A stretch of 50,830 nt of DNA. Origin: an uncultured Nitrosomonadaceae bacterium. Its GTDB lineage: Bacteria > Pseudomonadota > Gammaproteobacteria > Burkholderiales > Nitrosomonadaceae. Location of the stretch: assembly GCA_905612245.1 (NCBI GenBank), contig CAJQRL010000008.1:1-50830 (forward strand). The letters are read 5' to 3'. Below the pieces are notes generated by a model. The model saw only the letters and a list, made by a program, of their open reading frames with translations, was not told where the DNA came from and searched no databases. Of the stretch, positions 33,441-44,013 are shown piece after piece; the stretch's first letter is position 1; the number at the start of each line of letters is the position of its first letter. A program made the position numbers and the translations under genes.

Positions 33441-33923
33441 TCAGAATTTATCGCTATCACCCTCATCATCCTCTGATGCCTTATCAAATAAAAACTGTCC
33501 TATCATTTCTTCCAGCACTAGCGCTGAATTAGTTTTCATAATCTTGTCACCGCTCTTTAACATACCTTCATCCCCACCTGCAGCCAAACCAACATACTGC
33601 GCTCCGAGTAATCCAGAGGTAAGAATACTAGCAAAAGTATCCTTGGGAAATTGATAGCGGTCATCTATATTCATAGTTACTACAGCATCAAACGTTTTAG
33701 CGCTAAACTGGATATCCATTACACGGCCAACTACTACACCGGCACTTTTTACTGGTGACCTTATTTTCAGGCCGCCAATATTCTCAAAATTTCCAACCAG
33801 GGTATAGCTTTTATCCTCGCTATAGGTGCCTAGGTTTCCTACTTGCAACGCAAGTATTAATAATGCGCCAATCCCTGCAATAACAAACAGGCCCACCCAT
33901 AAATCCATTTTTGCTCGCTGCAT
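33441..33923 (-). CDS. mlaD: Outer membrane lipid asymmetry maintenance protein MlaD (MCE domain)
   Basis: 160 aa with an N-terminal TM anchor and an MCE domain. Operon position fits. Confidence 0.88.
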   Translation of the reverse strand: MQRAKMDLWVGLFVIAGIGALLILALQVGNLGTYSEDKSYTLVGNFENIGGLKIRSPVKSAGVVVGRVMDIQFSAKTFDAVVTMNIDDRYQFPKDTFASILTSGLLGAQYVGLAAGGDEGMLKSGDKIMKTNSALVLEEMIGQFLFDKASEDDEGDSDKF

Positions 33924-34720
33924 TAGCCTACTCCTCTAAACATAAATGAGGTCAAGACAAAATCTAATCCTAAAATCACAAGCGCTGAAGTTACTACAGT
34001 GCGAGTAGTTGCGCCGGATACCCCTTCCGCTGTTGGCGGCGCATTATAACCCTCAAAGACAGCAATTGCTGTAATAGCTACACCAAACACGCAAGTTTTA
34101 ATAATGCCGTTGACAATATCGAACCTAAAATCCACTACACTCTGCATTTGTGACCAGAACGAACCTTCATCCACGCCGATAAGTACTACTGCTACTAAAT
34201 ACCCACCAAATACTCCCATTGCAGAGAACATTGCCGCCAAGAGCGGCATCGAAATTACTCCGGCCCAAAATCGCGGCGCTACAACCCTTGCGATTGGGTC
34301 TACAGCCATCATCCCCATAGCTTCCAACTGCTCTGTGGCTTTCATTAAACCAATCTCAGCCGTAATAGCAGAACCTGCGCGGCTAGCAAACAATAGTCCA
34401 GCCACAACCGGTCCCAGCTCACGAACCAATGATAACGCTACTAATGTTCCTACAGCCGTTTCTGCACCAAATTTCTGCAAGGTTTCATATCCTTGCAAAC
34501 CAAGAACCATCCCAACAAACAGCCCGGACACTAATATTATGACCATCGTTAGTACGCCGGTAAAATACAGCTCACGAATGATCAGGCCAAAACGTCGCAT
34601 GCTAGTACCCGATTTCAGCAGTATCAAACTAAAGAACCGAGCGGCATAACCTAACCGCCATACACTATCGATAACTCGATGGCCGATGCCTCGGATACCA
34701 ATGACAATACGCCTAGGCAA
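33923..34720 (-). CDS. mlaE: Lipid asymmetry ABC transporter permease MlaE
   Basis: 265-aa polytopic membrane protein lying between mlaF and mlaD. Confidence 0.9.
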   Translation of the reverse strand: MPRRIVIGIRGIGHRVIDSVWRLGYAARFFSLILLKSGTSMRRFGLIIRELYFTGVLTMVIILVSGLFVGMVLGLQGYETLQKFGAETAVGTLVALSLVRELGPVVAGLLFASRAGSAITAEIGLMKATEQLEAMGMMAVDPIARVVAPRFWAGVISMPLLAAMFSAMGVFGGYLVAVVLIGVDEGSFWSQMQSVVDFRFDIVNGIIKTCVFGVAITAIAVFEGYNAPPTAEGVSGATTRTVVTSALVILGLDFVLTSFMFRGVG

Positions 34721-35525
34721 TTCTATTCTCCAAATTTAAATCGGTAGCATATTTTTCTGCGGGATAATGAAATGGAACCGGACCATCTACCTCACTATGA
34801 ATAAACTGATGTACGAAAGGTGAAACCGACTCTCTCACTTCTGACGGCGTACCTTCCGCAGCTATTACTCCCTCAGAAATAAAATAAACATAGTCTACAA
34901 TTTTCAATGACTGATGCACATCATGCGTTACCAAAATTGATGTCATCCCTAACGCATCTGTAAGGCGCCGAATTAGATTTCCAATGACGCTTAGAGAAAT
35001 AGGGTCGAGCCCCGCAAATGGCTCGTCGTACATTACAAGCATCGGATCAAGCGCAATCGAGCGAGCCAAAGCTACCCGTCTAGCCATTCCGCCGGAGAGT
35101 TCTGCCGGCATTAAATTATGTGCACCACGCAAACCAACTGCATGTAGCTTCATAAATACAAGATCACGAATTACAGACTCAGGTAAATCAGTATGCTCTC
35201 TCATCTGGAATGCTACATTGTCAAATACCGATAAGTCAGTAAATAATGCACCAAACTGGAACAACATACTCATTTTTCTGCGCAGTGAAAACAGCTTATT
35301 TCTGCTAAGTTCATGCACTATTTGATTGTCAACTTTGACGTAACCTGAAGACGGAGCTACCACACCCCCGATCAAACGTAACAAAGTAGTCTTACCACAA
35401 CCACTCCCGCCCATAATAGCTATGACCTTGCCCCGCGGCATAGTCATATTTATTCCTTTAAGAATGGCGCGCTCATCGTAAGAAAAATTTAAATCTTTGA
35501 TTTCTACTAAGGGATTTGTTGTCAT
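34713..35525 (-). CDS. mlaF: Lipid asymmetry ABC transporter ATP-binding protein MlaF
   Basis: 270 aa with Walker A GGSGCGKTT, signature LSGGMARR and Walker B VMYDEPF. Confidence 0.92.
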   Translation of the reverse strand: MTTNPLVEIKDLNFSYDERAILKGINMTMPRGKVIAIMGGSGCGKTTLLRLIGGVVAPSSGYVKVDNQIVHELSRNKLFSLRRKMSMLFQFGALFTDLSVFDNVAFQMREHTDLPESVIRDLVFMKLHAVGLRGAHNLMPAELSGGMARRVALARSIALDPMLVMYDEPFAGLDPISLSVIGNLIRRLTDALGMTSILVTHDVHQSLKIVDYVYFISEGVIAAEGTPSEVRESVSPFVHQFIHSEVDGPVPFHYPAEKYATDLNLENRIA

Positions 35526-35681
35526 GATGCTGTTAAGAGTAGACGTAACTTGATTTGACTAATTTTTATCTAATTGAGACGCCTATTAAGACGTGTGTCA
35601 ATAATTAATAAGCTTATTGTGTATACCAATCTTAGCTAAGATAGATGTATATTGATAATTAATAATCATTGTACTAGGGGA

Positions 35682-36452
35682 CTAAGGGTAAAGCAAAAGT
35701 AACCGGTATCCGGCCGCATTCAAATCACTACTATCAATTTTTAGCGTTACACTAATTTCTTTATCAGGCCCAATGGTATCTGAAAGTTGACCACTTTTTT
35801 CAAGATACTCCCCTGGGGAGAAAATACGGCTCGCAAGGGCCTTGTCCTTGGTATCAGTAAGCGTGAGTTCAAGAGAAGGAAATAGCTGAGGAAAAGTTGC
35901 TTGATTACGTATCATTACTATTAACGTAGCAACGCCTTGTTGTGCTGCTTCCTTCTGCATATCAGATGATTCAATACTTAATAATTTTGTTTGTTGCAAT
36001 ACTGGTATTTTACAATTCAAAATCTCACAATATTGTTCCAGATATGGACTGACTGAAGGTGAAAAAACAGAAATCTCTGCGCGATATAAATAGATAGCCT
36101 GCCCGAAAAGGATAACCAAAATACATATATTAATAAGCCCCCATACGCGCGAGACCCTAGGTAACTGAATAGCATCAAAAGTGTAGGAATCCTGCCCTCC
36201 TGCCTTTGTCGTATCCAATACCTCTGCAGCTAACACTTCATTTTGAGTGTCTCTTTTTGCTTCTTCACTTTCAATTGATAACTCTAAGGGTTTATCAGCA
36301 TCTACTTCTTCCTGCAACGTAGCCAGATCAGAAAAACTATTAAAGATCTGCAAGCAATGCCCGCAACGGACATCGCCCTCTTGCATCTGCAAATGCTGCG
36401 GAGTCACTTTAAAAACAGAAGTGCAATTAGGACAGCGAGTTACCAACGCCAT
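35682..36452 (-). CDS. Zinc-ribbon (MJ0042-type) plus DUF3426-like membrane protein
   Basis: 256 aa. N-terminal CPNC...CGHC zinc ribbon, a central TM helix and a C-terminal domain. Usual neighbour of prmA/accBC in proteobacteria. Confidence 0.7.
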   Translation of the reverse strand: MALVTRCPNCTSVFKVTPQHLQMQEGDVRCGHCLQIFNSFSDLATLQEEVDADKPLELSIESEEAKRDTQNEVLAAEVLDTTKAGGQDSYTFDAIQLPRVSRVWGLINICILVILFGQAIYLYRAEISVFSPSVSPYLEQYCEILNCKIPVLQQTKLLSIESSDMQKEAAQQGVATLIVMIRNQATFPQLFPSLELTLTDTKDKALASRIFSPGEYLEKSGQLSDTIGPDKEISVTLKIDSSDLNAAGYRLLLLYP

Positions 36453-36472
36453 ATATTAATATTCCAATATTT

Positions 36473-37390
36473 TTACTTTCTTATTCCTATCAATAATGCC
36501 CAACCCCCTTGTTCTCTTGCAAGATGCATCTTGAACCATTGCTGGTAGACTTGCTCAACCTCTTTTGCCTGCTCCGCTAGTATGCCAGAAAGTACAATAC
36601 GCCCATTACTTTTACTAGCGCGCATCAGTAAGGGGGCAAGCATAATAAGAGGATTAGCAAGTATGTTCGCAACAACTATATCAGCCCACCCATTCATTGT
36701 CTGATCTGCTTTTGCCATATTATCAACCGAATAAAACTCTGCTTTGTTTTGACCACATTTATTTTGTCCCGCGTTCTTAATGCTTGACTCAACCGCATGA
36801 GGATCTATATCAACTCCAACTACATGACCAGCTCCCAGCTTCAGTGCCGCAATAGCTAATATGCCGGAGCCACAACCGTAATCGAGCACTTGTTCGCCGC
36901 CCTGTAAATTTTCATCAAGCCACGCAAGACATAGCTCGGTAGTTGGGTGACTGCCAGTACCAAAAGCTAGCCCTGGGTCAAGCATAAGATTAGTGGCTGT
37001 AGGGTCAGGTATTTGATGCCAACTAGGGACTATCCATAGTCTTGACGATATTTTAATGGGACCAAATTGTGACTGTGTGAGACGTACCCAATCCTGATCT
37101 TCAATTTTCTTAATCCTGTAGACGGGCAAACAAGGCAATTGAGCATTTTGTACTACAATTTGCATAATCGCCGTCACATCTACAGTTTCTTCAAAGAGAG
37201 CGGTTATCTCTACGTTAGGCCAGGTGGTTTTTGGCGAATCATCAAACTGCTCAAATAATGGCTGCTCATGCTGCGTTCCTGCATCCGCATCGTGAGTATC
37301 TACTGACAAAGCACCTAATTCAATTAATACATTATTAAGTACCTCGGTATGAGCAGAGCTAGCTTCAATGATGAGCGCTGTCCAAAACAT
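36473..37390 (-). CDS. prmA: Ribosomal protein L11 methyltransferase
   Basis: 305 aa with AFGTGSHPTT and the SAM motif VLDYGCGSGILAIAA. Lies downstream of accBC. Confidence 0.92.
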   Translation of the reverse strand: MFWTALIIEASSAHTEVLNNVLIELGALSVDTHDADAGTQHEQPLFEQFDDSPKTTWPNVEITALFEETVDVTAIMQIVVQNAQLPCLPVYRIKKIEDQDWVRLTQSQFGPIKISSRLWIVPSWHQIPDPTATNLMLDPGLAFGTGSHPTTELCLAWLDENLQGGEQVLDYGCGSGILAIAALKLGAGHVVGVDIDPHAVESSIKNAGQNKCGQNKAEFYSVDNMAKADQTMNGWADIVVANILANPLIMLAPLLMRASKSNGRIVLSGILAEQAKEVEQVYQQWFKMHLAREQGGWALLIGIRK

Positions 37391-37515
37391 ACTAAAGTAT
37401 GGAGAAATTAAGTTTAACTAAACCATACTTACTTAACATATTATGTGTATTTTTTATTTCGTCTATTTTGTTTGTAACAGCAGGCCAGATAAAAAATTAT
37501 AAATGTGCTAATTTT

Positions 37516-38871
37516 TTACCCTTGCTTGTTGTGTTGTGCCAGCAATTGTTCAAGATAATGAATGGTAATCCCGCCACGTAAAAATCCTGCATCATGCAAT
37601 AAATCAAGATGTAACGGAATGTTGGTCTTAATCCCTTCAACCACCATTTCTGATAATGCAATTCGCATACGTGCTATAGCCTGATCTCGATTCTCACCAT
37701 AGGCAATTACTTTTCCTATTAAAGAATCATAATAAGGCGGTACCGTATAATTATGATAAACATGAGAATCAACCCTTATACCAGGGCCCCCTGGTGCATG
37801 ATACCGAGTAATTTTGCCCGCAGACGGGGTAAGCTTATAAGGATCTTCGGCATTAATTCGACACTCTATTGCATGCCCTTTAGGCTCAATATCTTTCTGA
37901 CGAATATTTAATTTTTCGCCAGCTGCAACACGAATTTGTTGTTGTACCAAATCAATTCCGGTAACTGCTTCCGTGATAGTGTGCTCTACCTGTAGACGCG
38001 TATTCATTTCAATAAAATAATATTCTTGATTTTCGAATAAGAATTCAAACGTACCTACGCCACGATACCCAATACGACGACACGCATCCACACAACGAGA
38101 GCCTATTTTGTCCCTCATTCTGGAATTAAGATCAAGTGCAGGTGCTTCCTCAATAATCTTCTGATTACGTCTCTGTACTGAGCAATCCCTTTCTCCTAAA
38201 TAGATGGCATTTTTATGTTCATCAACTAGAACCTGGAACTCAATGTGCCGAGGGTTTTCCATAAATTTTTCTGCATACAGCATGGGATTGCCAAAAGCAG
38301 CCTGTGCTTCATTCCGGGTCACAATTACTGCATTAGATAATGCGGCCTCTGTATGCACCACCCGCATCCCACGTCCGCCCCCTCCACCAGATGCTTTAAT
38401 GATTACCGGATAACCAATGGCACGAACTATTTCTTTTATTTCCTCAGGGGACTCAGGTAAGGCTCCATCGGAGCCAGGAACACAGGGTACCTTGGCTTCT
38501 CTCATGGCATTTTTAGCATTAACCTTATCGCCCATAAGTCGAATAGTTTCAGGACGGGGGCCAATAAATACAAAACCGCTTTTTTCTACCCGTTCAGCGA
38601 AATCAGCATTCTCTGCAAGGAACCCGTACCCAGGATGAATTGCTGCAGAATCTGTTACTTCTGCTGCGCTTATAATTGCAGGAATATTAAGATAACTTAG
38701 ATTAGATGGTGCCGGTCCGATACAAACTGACTCGTCAGCTAGTTTTACATATTTTGCTTCAGCATCTGCTTCAGAATGTACTGCAACTGTTTTGATGCCC
38801 ATCTCCCGACAGGCACGCTGAATTCGCAAAGCAATCTCACCTCGATTGGCTATAAGTATTTTTTCAAACAT
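37516..38871 (-). CDS. accC: Acetyl-CoA carboxylase biotin carboxylase subunit
   Basis: 451 aa. N-terminal [14 protein letters not shown] and an ATP-grasp domain with GGGGRGMR. Confidence 0.97.
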   Translation of the reverse strand: MFEKILIANRGEIALRIQRACREMGIKTVAVHSEADAEAKYVKLADESVCIGPAPSNLSYLNIPAIISAAEVTDSAAIHPGYGFLAENADFAERVEKSGFVFIGPRPETIRLMGDKVNAKNAMREAKVPCVPGSDGALPESPEEIKEIVRAIGYPVIIKASGGGGGRGMRVVHTEAALSNAVIVTRNEAQAAFGNPMLYAEKFMENPRHIEFQVLVDEHKNAIYLGERDCSVQRRNQKIIEEAPALDLNSRMRDKIGSRCVDACRRIGYRGVGTFEFLFENQEYYFIEMNTRLQVEHTITEAVTGIDLVQQQIRVAAGEKLNIRQKDIEPKGHAIECRINAEDPYKLTPSAGKITRYHAPGGPGIRVDSHVYHNYTVPPYYDSLIGKVIAYGENRDQAIARMRIALSEMVVEGIKTNIPLHLDLLHDAGFLRGGITIHYLEQLLAQHNKQG

Positions 38872-38959
38872 ATCTGTCTAGGTAAGTCCTATTCTGAATG
38901 ATGAGGGTACAAATTGCCTTTTAACCCGGCAACCCTCAAAGGCAATGATCAAGTAAACA

Positions 38960-39406
38960 TCATTCAATAATGAATAATGCCTCTCCGTATTCAACCGGCT
39001 GACCATTCTCAATCAAAATTGCTTTGATAATCCCATCCTTATCAGCTTCAATTTCGTTAAGAAGTTTCATCGCCTCAATAATGCACAAAGTTTCTCCCGC
39101 TTTAACCGTTTGTCCCACTTTTACAAATGGATCGCTCCCAGGTGAAGACGTACGGTAGAAAGTTCCAACCATAGGGGAATTAACCATATGGCCAGCCGGT
39201 AGAGCCTCTTTAACTTTGTCCAAAATATTGGTTTCTGGCACTGAGATCACAGCTGGTGCTGCAACTGCCGGTACGGCAAGCTGAGTCGGTATTCCGGTTC
39301 CTGATTTACTGATTCGAACCCTTTCTTCTCCTTCCGTTATTTCTAACTCGGAGATACTTGATTCTTCAACTAAATCAATTAATTTTTTAAGCTTTCTTAA
39401 ATCCAA
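38960..39406 (-). CDS. accB: Acetyl-CoA carboxylase biotin carboxyl carrier protein
   Basis: 148 aa with the biotinylation motif [10 protein letters not shown]. Confidence 0.95.
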   Translation of the reverse strand: MDLRKLKKLIDLVEESSISELEITEGEERVRISKSGTGIPTQLAVPAVAAPAVISVPETNILDKVKEALPAGHMVNSPMVGTFYRTSSPGSDPFVKVGQTVKAGETLCIIEAMKLLNEIEADKDGIIKAILIENGQPVEYGEALFIIE

Positions 39407-39567
39407 AATAGCCCTCCCGGGGCAATGTTCTATTTATGGCATTTGAACCGAAATATACTTTTATTCTTTTAAGTGTTTTAAAAAGGCACAATTTCCATGT
39501 TTGTTTCAATGGCGCCCTATTCGGCCCCTAGATATTTTTTATTTCAATACAAATATCTAGGTCACAA

Positions 39568-40023
39568 TTAACGAACATGTATTGCATACTCGAATGCCAA
39601 GTAATAGCTTCTTGCACCCAAGCCACTAATAACACCTAGTGCAAGAGAAGAAAAGTACGATTCCCGGCGAAATGTTTCACGTGCGAAAATATTTGTAAGA
39701 TGAACCTCAATAAATGGCAGGCGAGCTGCCGACAAAGCGTCACGTAAAGCAATACTTGTGTGTGTAAATGCCGCAGGATTAATAATGATAAAGTCAGTTT
39801 CATCCCCCATAGCCTGCTGGATACGACCTATTAAGTCTGCTTCACTATTACTCTGAAAACTAACCAAGCCAACGTCAGCTTCTGTCGCTAACTTGCCCAA
39901 ATTACCGTTAATTTCTTCTAACGTCTCGCTTCCATACACATCTGGCTCTCGGCTACCCAAAAGGTTAAGGTTGGGTCCATGCAAGATTAAAATATTTTTT
40001 GCTGCTAAAGTTCCTAGCGTCAT
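39568..40023 (-). CDS. aroQ: Type II 3-dehydroquinate dehydratase
   Basis: 151 aa with [15 protein letters not shown] and the [12 protein letters not shown] motif. Confidence 0.94.
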   Translation of the reverse strand: MTLGTLAAKNILILHGPNLNLLGSREPDVYGSETLEEINGNLGKLATEADVGLVSFQSNSEADLIGRIQQAMGDETDFIIINPAAFTHTSIALRDALSAARLPFIEVHLTNIFARETFRRESYFSSLALGVISGLGARSYYLAFEYAIHVR

Positions 40024-40051
40024 TTAACAATTCTGCCGTATTTTTGATAGA

Positions 40052-40085
40052 TTGTCTACACGTTTAACGATTTTAACCGAAATTA
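40052..40085. repeat. 34-bp direct repeat, copy 1
   Basis: TTGTCTACACGTTTAACGATTTTAACCGAAATTA. It matches the copy at 40175-40208 at 32 of 34 positions. Confidence 0.9.
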
Positions 40086-40174
40086 AGAAAATTATATAAA
40101 GCATATAGAACTCACAAAATTTATATTTAAAATATCTACCAATATTTATTGGTAATAACTTATATTTTTCGGAG

Positions 40175-40208
40175 TTGTCTACACATTAAACGATTTTAAC
40201 CGAAATTA
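40175..40208. repeat. 34-bp direct repeat, copy 2
   Basis: TTGTCTACACATTAAACGATTTTAACCGAAATTA, 123 bp downstream of copy 1 in the 388-bp AT-rich aroQ-tRNA intergenic region. Confidence 0.9.
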
Positions 40209-40369
40209 TGGAAGATTAAGCAAAAAATACAGATTCCATACAATATATATGTAAAAACCTGTCATTGTTTATATAATATTTATTTACAACAGCTATGGAA
40301 CATATTTGCTTTGAATGTGATTCGAGTTCATGCTGAATGTTCAGCTCTATCTAGTTATACGATTTCAAT

Positions 40370-40398
40370 TTGCCGACTATATTCCAAACCTCTATAAT
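40370..40398 (+). promoter_or_regulatory. Candidate sigma-70 promoter for tRNA-Thr
   Basis: TTGCCG (40370-40375), a 17-bp spacer, then a perfect TATAAT (40393-40398). The -10 element ends 13 nt before the mature tRNA 5' end. Confidence 0.45.
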
Positions 40399-40411
40399 CT
40401 TTAGTTTTCTT

Positions 40412-40488
40412 GCTGTTGTAGCTCAGTTGGTAGAGCAACTGATTCGTAATCAGTAGGCCGGAGGTTCGATCCCCCCCCAACAGCACCA
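40412..40488 (+). tRNA. tRNA-Thr (anticodon CGT) with an atypical T-arm
   Basis: Cloverleaf by eye: acceptor GCTGTTG/CAACAGC, D-arm GCTC/GAGC, anticodon stem ACTGA/TCAGT with loop TTCGTAA, T-loop TTCGATC and encoded CCA. Total length is 77 nt. An 8-C run gives an A-C mismatch in the T-stem and one extra nucleotide. Confidence 0.8.
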
Positions 40489-40494
40489 TTTAAT

Positions 40495-40535
40495 AAAGGA
40501 GTTACTGGCCTTTGCCTGCAACTCCTTTTCTCTTT
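40495..40535 (+). terminator. Putative terminator downstream of tRNA-Thr
   Basis: 9-bp stem AAAGGAGTT (40495-40503) / AACTCCTTT (40520-40528) with a 16-nt loop, followed by TCTCTTTC. Confidence 0.4.
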
Positions 40536-40748
40536 CATATGAAATGTAATGCGCTATTATCTAATGGCGGCAGTGGGAACCTTATCGTTATTTCTTCAAT
40601 TTAATTACGCACGCCTTGCTGCTAGTCTACATAAATATTTCATGTCCAAAGATTACAATGGCTTAATTGGTGTGCAAAAATAACCGTGTCTATTCATAAG
40701 ATAAGAGATTGCCAATAAACAATTCTTTATATTTAGGGGTAAATCATT

Positions 40749-41636
40749 ATGGCAAGCATTAATCAACCTCCTGTAATTGGAGTCATTGGGGGCAGCGGCG
40801 TATATGACATAGACGGGCTAATCAATAAGCGCTGGGTATCTTTCTCGTCCCCGTTTGGCAGCCCATCCGATAAATTACTATTCGGGGAACTGAACGGGCA
40901 ACAATTAGTATTTTTACCTCGCCACGGCCGTGGACACAAAATTCCACCTAGTGAGATCAACTTCCGCGCTAACATAGATGTACTGAAGCGTGCAGGTGTG
41001 ACCGACGTGATGTCGGTGAGCGCAGTTGGTTCGTTGCGCGAACATCTTAAGCCCGGTATGTTCGTAATCGTGGATCAATTTATTGACTGTACTTACGCGC
41101 GTAAAAAATCCTTCTTTGGCAGTGGGTTGGTCGCGCATGTCTCTATGGCACATCCAGTATGCTCCCGCTTGGGAAACCACATCGAAGAGGCAGCTAAGGA
41201 TGCTGGCATCTCTACGCTACGTGGTGGTACCTATCTGGCAATGGAAGGTCCCCAATTTTCCAGCCTAGCAGAATCAAAACTATACCGGACGTGGGGCTGC
41301 GATGTGATCGGCATGACCAACATGCCGGAGGCTAAGCTCGCACGCGAAGCTGAATTATGTTATGCCACGGTAGCGATGGTAACGGATTACGACTGCTGGA
41401 ATCCGGATCATGATGATGTATCAGTGGATCAGGTCATGAAAGTGTTGGCAACGAATGCGGACAAGGCACGTTCGCTTGTGAAACATGTTTTTCCTAAAGT
41501 AATTGATGATGTAAAGGGTAGTATATGCTCCTGCCGTACCGCACTGGAATACTCCATTGTCACCTCTCCGGAATCTCGTGATGCCAACATGATCGAACAA
41601 CTAGATGCTGTTGCGGGGCGCGTACTGAAACGATAA
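40749..41636 (+). CDS. mtnP: S-methyl-5'-thioadenosine phosphorylase
   Basis: 295 aa with IGVIGGSGVY, FLPRHGRGH and SEINFRANI motifs typical of MTAP. Confidence 0.92.
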   Translation: MASINQPPVIGVIGGSGVYDIDGLINKRWVSFSSPFGSPSDKLLFGELNGQQLVFLPRHGRGHKIPPSEINFRANIDVLKRAGVTDVMSVSAVGSLREHLKPGMFVIVDQFIDCTYARKKSFFGSGLVAHVSMAHPVCSRLGNHIEEAAKDAGISTLRGGTYLAMEGPQFSSLAESKLYRTWGCDVIGMTNMPEAKLAREAELCYATVAMVTDYDCWNPDHDDVSVDQVMKVLATNADKARSLVKHVFPKVIDDVKGSICSCRTALEYSIVTSPESRDANMIEQLDAVAGRVLKR

Positions 41637-41719
41637 AAAATGGGCAGGAACTCTAGTTTGGCCTATTTTATCTTCTATAATATCTCGGCCGCCCCATAAA
41701 TAATGTTATTCTAACGTCC

Positions 41720-41974
41720 TCAAACACCTGTTTTTCCATATCTAAATTTAGAACTTAATCCCTCATTAAAATATCCTATATTGATACCTTTGATTCCGGT
41801 ATCAAAAACATGAGTTGAAAAATTGTGTAGTGTTAACATACAACGACACCTTTTATTTATTCTTTCTTTCTTATGAAACTCAGGTATTTGCCTGGCATCC
41901 AGGCTTATTAATCCAATAATAATTGCAGCTAGATCTTTACGGTCTGAGGCTTTAAAAAAACGAATTAATAGCAT
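41720..41974 (-). CDS. Hypothetical protein (doubtful small ORF)
   Basis: 84-aa ORF in a 362-bp gap. No recognisable motif and no clear RBS. Confidence 0.25.
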   Translation of the reverse strand: MLLIRFFKASDRKDLAAIIIGLISLDARQIPEFHKKERINKRCRCMLTLHNFSTHVFDTGIKGINIGYFNEGLSSKFRYGKTGV

Positions 41975-42013
41975 TAAAAATTTAGAATAATATTACCTTT
42001 GAAAGGAAACAAA

Positions 42014-42553
42014 ATGAGCGTGACGGAAGACACTTCAAAAATTAAGACTAGCAAACTACGACCACTCCCGCGCTGGATCTTTATGAGCCGCTGGTTGCAA
42101 GCACCACTCTATATTGGCCTAATTGGAGCGCAGGGCCTCTATGTCTGGGAATTCTGGCGCGAACTTGCACATCTATTTGAACAAATGGTGGTAAGTGACG
42201 TAACTGAGGTAGAGTTAATGCTAATCGTGCTGGGACTAATAGATGTGGTGATGATTTCTAATTTGTTAGTAATGGTCATTGTCGGTGGCTGGGAGACATT
42301 TGTATCCCGACTAGCACTTGAAAATCATCCAGACCAGCCGGAATGGTTATCTCACGTGAATGCCGGCGTCTTAAAAGTTAAGCTCGCTACAGCAATTATT
42401 GGAATTTCTTCCATACATTTATTAAAAACTTTTATTAATGCTGAACAGTACGATACCAAGTTATTGCTATGGCAAACTCTCATACATCTGACCTTTGTTG
42501 TTTCTGCGCTTGCTATCGCTTATACCGAACGAATTATGAAGGATGTACATTAG
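42014..42553 (+). CDS. YqhA family (UPF0114) membrane protein
   Basis: [12 protein letters not shown] and multiple TM helices. The start is moved to ATG 42014, preceded by AAAGGAAAC; the track ORF begins at TTG 41999. Confidence 0.8.
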   Translation: MSVTEDTSKIKTSKLRPLPRWIFMSRWLQAPLYIGLIGAQGLYVWEFWRELAHLFEQMVVSDVTEVELMLIVLGLIDVVMISNLLVMVIVGGWETFVSRLALENHPDQPEWLSHVNAGVLKVKLATAIIGISSIHLLKTFINAEQYDTKLLLWQTLIHLTFVVSALAIAYTERIMKDVH

Positions 42554-42604
42554 TTCAGAAAAATCTTTATCGTAATAAATACAACTGAGCACCTTAATTA
42601 GCTA

Positions 42605-43909
42605 GTGGCCTCAAAAGACAAATCTACATATCTTGCCGCAAATGTGAACAGACGAGAAGTCTGGTCTTGGGCAATGTTTGATTTTGCGAACTCCGGATAT
42701 ACTACTGTTGTTATTACAACAATATTTAATGCTTATTTTGTAAGTATGGTAGCTCGCAATCAGGATTGGGGAACATTTGCCTGGACAGCTACGCTTGCAG
42801 TTTCATATGCCCTAATTATTATAACTGCACCAATTATAGGTATATATGCAGATGCTTACGCTGCTAAAAAACGCCTACTGTTCTTTACTTCTATAGGCTG
42901 TATATTTTTTACTTTACTACTCTCCTTTGTAGGTCCAGGAGACTTATGGCTAGCTATATTTCTTGTAATTCTTGCTAATTTCTTCTTTGGTACCGGTGAA
43001 AACCTAATTGCTGCCTTTCTACCCGAAATTGCGAAAAGTAATTCCCTTGGAAAAATATCTGGTTTGGGTTGGAGCCTTGGTTATATTGGGGGCATAGTAA
43101 GTTTAGGTTGCTCATTTGCTTATGTACTTTGGGCGCAAGAACAAGGACACCAGTCTGAGCAATATATACCCGTAACCCTTCTAATTACTGCTTCATTATT
43201 TGCTATTTCCTGTGTCCCGACATTTCTTTATTTAAAAGAGCGGGCACAGCCACAACCACTTTTACACGGCCGTAATGTAGTAAAAGAGGTGTTCTCCAGA
43301 CTAAGTAATACAATTAAACAGTTACGTAATTTTCGTGATTTAACGCGCTTTCTGACCTGCCTAATATTTTATCAGGCAGGCATCCAAACCATAGTCGTTA
43401 TCGCGGCGATTTATGCACAGCAAGTAATGGGTTTTAATCATAACGATACTATTTTGCTTGTGGTTTTAGTAAATGTTACCGCAGCAGTAGGAGCATTCGT
43501 ATTTGGTATTATTCAGGATAAAATTGGTCATATCCCAACTATTGCACTAACTCTTATTGGTTGGATAATAATGGTCTTACTAGCTTGGGGAGCACAAGAT
43601 CACGCTATGTTCTGGTTTGCTGCTAATATCGCTGGATTATGTTTAGGTGCATCGCAGTCTGCAGGTCGTGCGTTAGTAGCATATTTTAGTCCTTTACTAC
43701 GACGTGCAGAGTTTTTTGGGCTTTGGGGACTAGCAGTTAAACTGTCTTCGATAATTGGCCCTATAACATATGGGCTGATAAGCTGGATATCCCACGGCGA
43801 TCATCGTCTGGCCATGTTAATAACTGGAAGTTATTTCATTATCGGCCTATTTATATTAATGGGTGTAAATGTAAAAAGGGGCCGGCAGGCCGCGTTAAAT
43901 AACCAATAA
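42605..43909 (+). CDS. MFS transporter, UMF1 (Atg22-like) family
   Basis: 434 aa with about 12 TM helices. The N-terminal motif WAMFDFANSGYTTVVITTIF is typical of UMF1. GTG start. Confidence 0.82.
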   Translation: MASKDKSTYLAANVNRREVWSWAMFDFANSGYTTVVITTIFNAYFVSMVARNQDWGTFAWTATLAVSYALIIITAPIIGIYADAYAAKKRLLFFTSIGCIFFTLLLSFVGPGDLWLAIFLVILANFFFGTGENLIAAFLPEIAKSNSLGKISGLGWSLGYIGGIVSLGCSFAYVLWAQEQGHQSEQYIPVTLLITASLFAISCVPTFLYLKERAQPQPLLHGRNVVKEVFSRLSNTIKQLRNFRDLTRFLTCLIFYQAGIQTIVVIAAIYAQQVMGFNHNDTILLVVLVNVTAAVGAFVFGIIQDKIGHIPTIALTLIGWIIMVLLAWGAQDHAMFWFAANIAGLCLGASQSAGRALVAYFSPLLRRAEFFGLWGLAVKLSSIIGPITYGLISWISHGDHRLAMLITGSYFIIGLFILMGVNVKRGRQAALNNQ

Positions 43910-44013
43910 ATTCTTTAATACAATTTCTGATTAATGAACGCTAGCTAGTTGTGGCATTCTGTTAATTTATTTTTATAGCGCTGCTCTTCCTATAATTTGT
44001 CAGCTTAGTATGT

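Noticed and set aside
40052-40208. The direct repeats with a fixed spacer were considered as a possible CRISPR array.
   Set aside because: There are only two imperfect copies with a 123-bp period. The sequence is AT-rich, there are no cas genes in the window, and the repeats have no palindromic core typical of CRISPR repeats.
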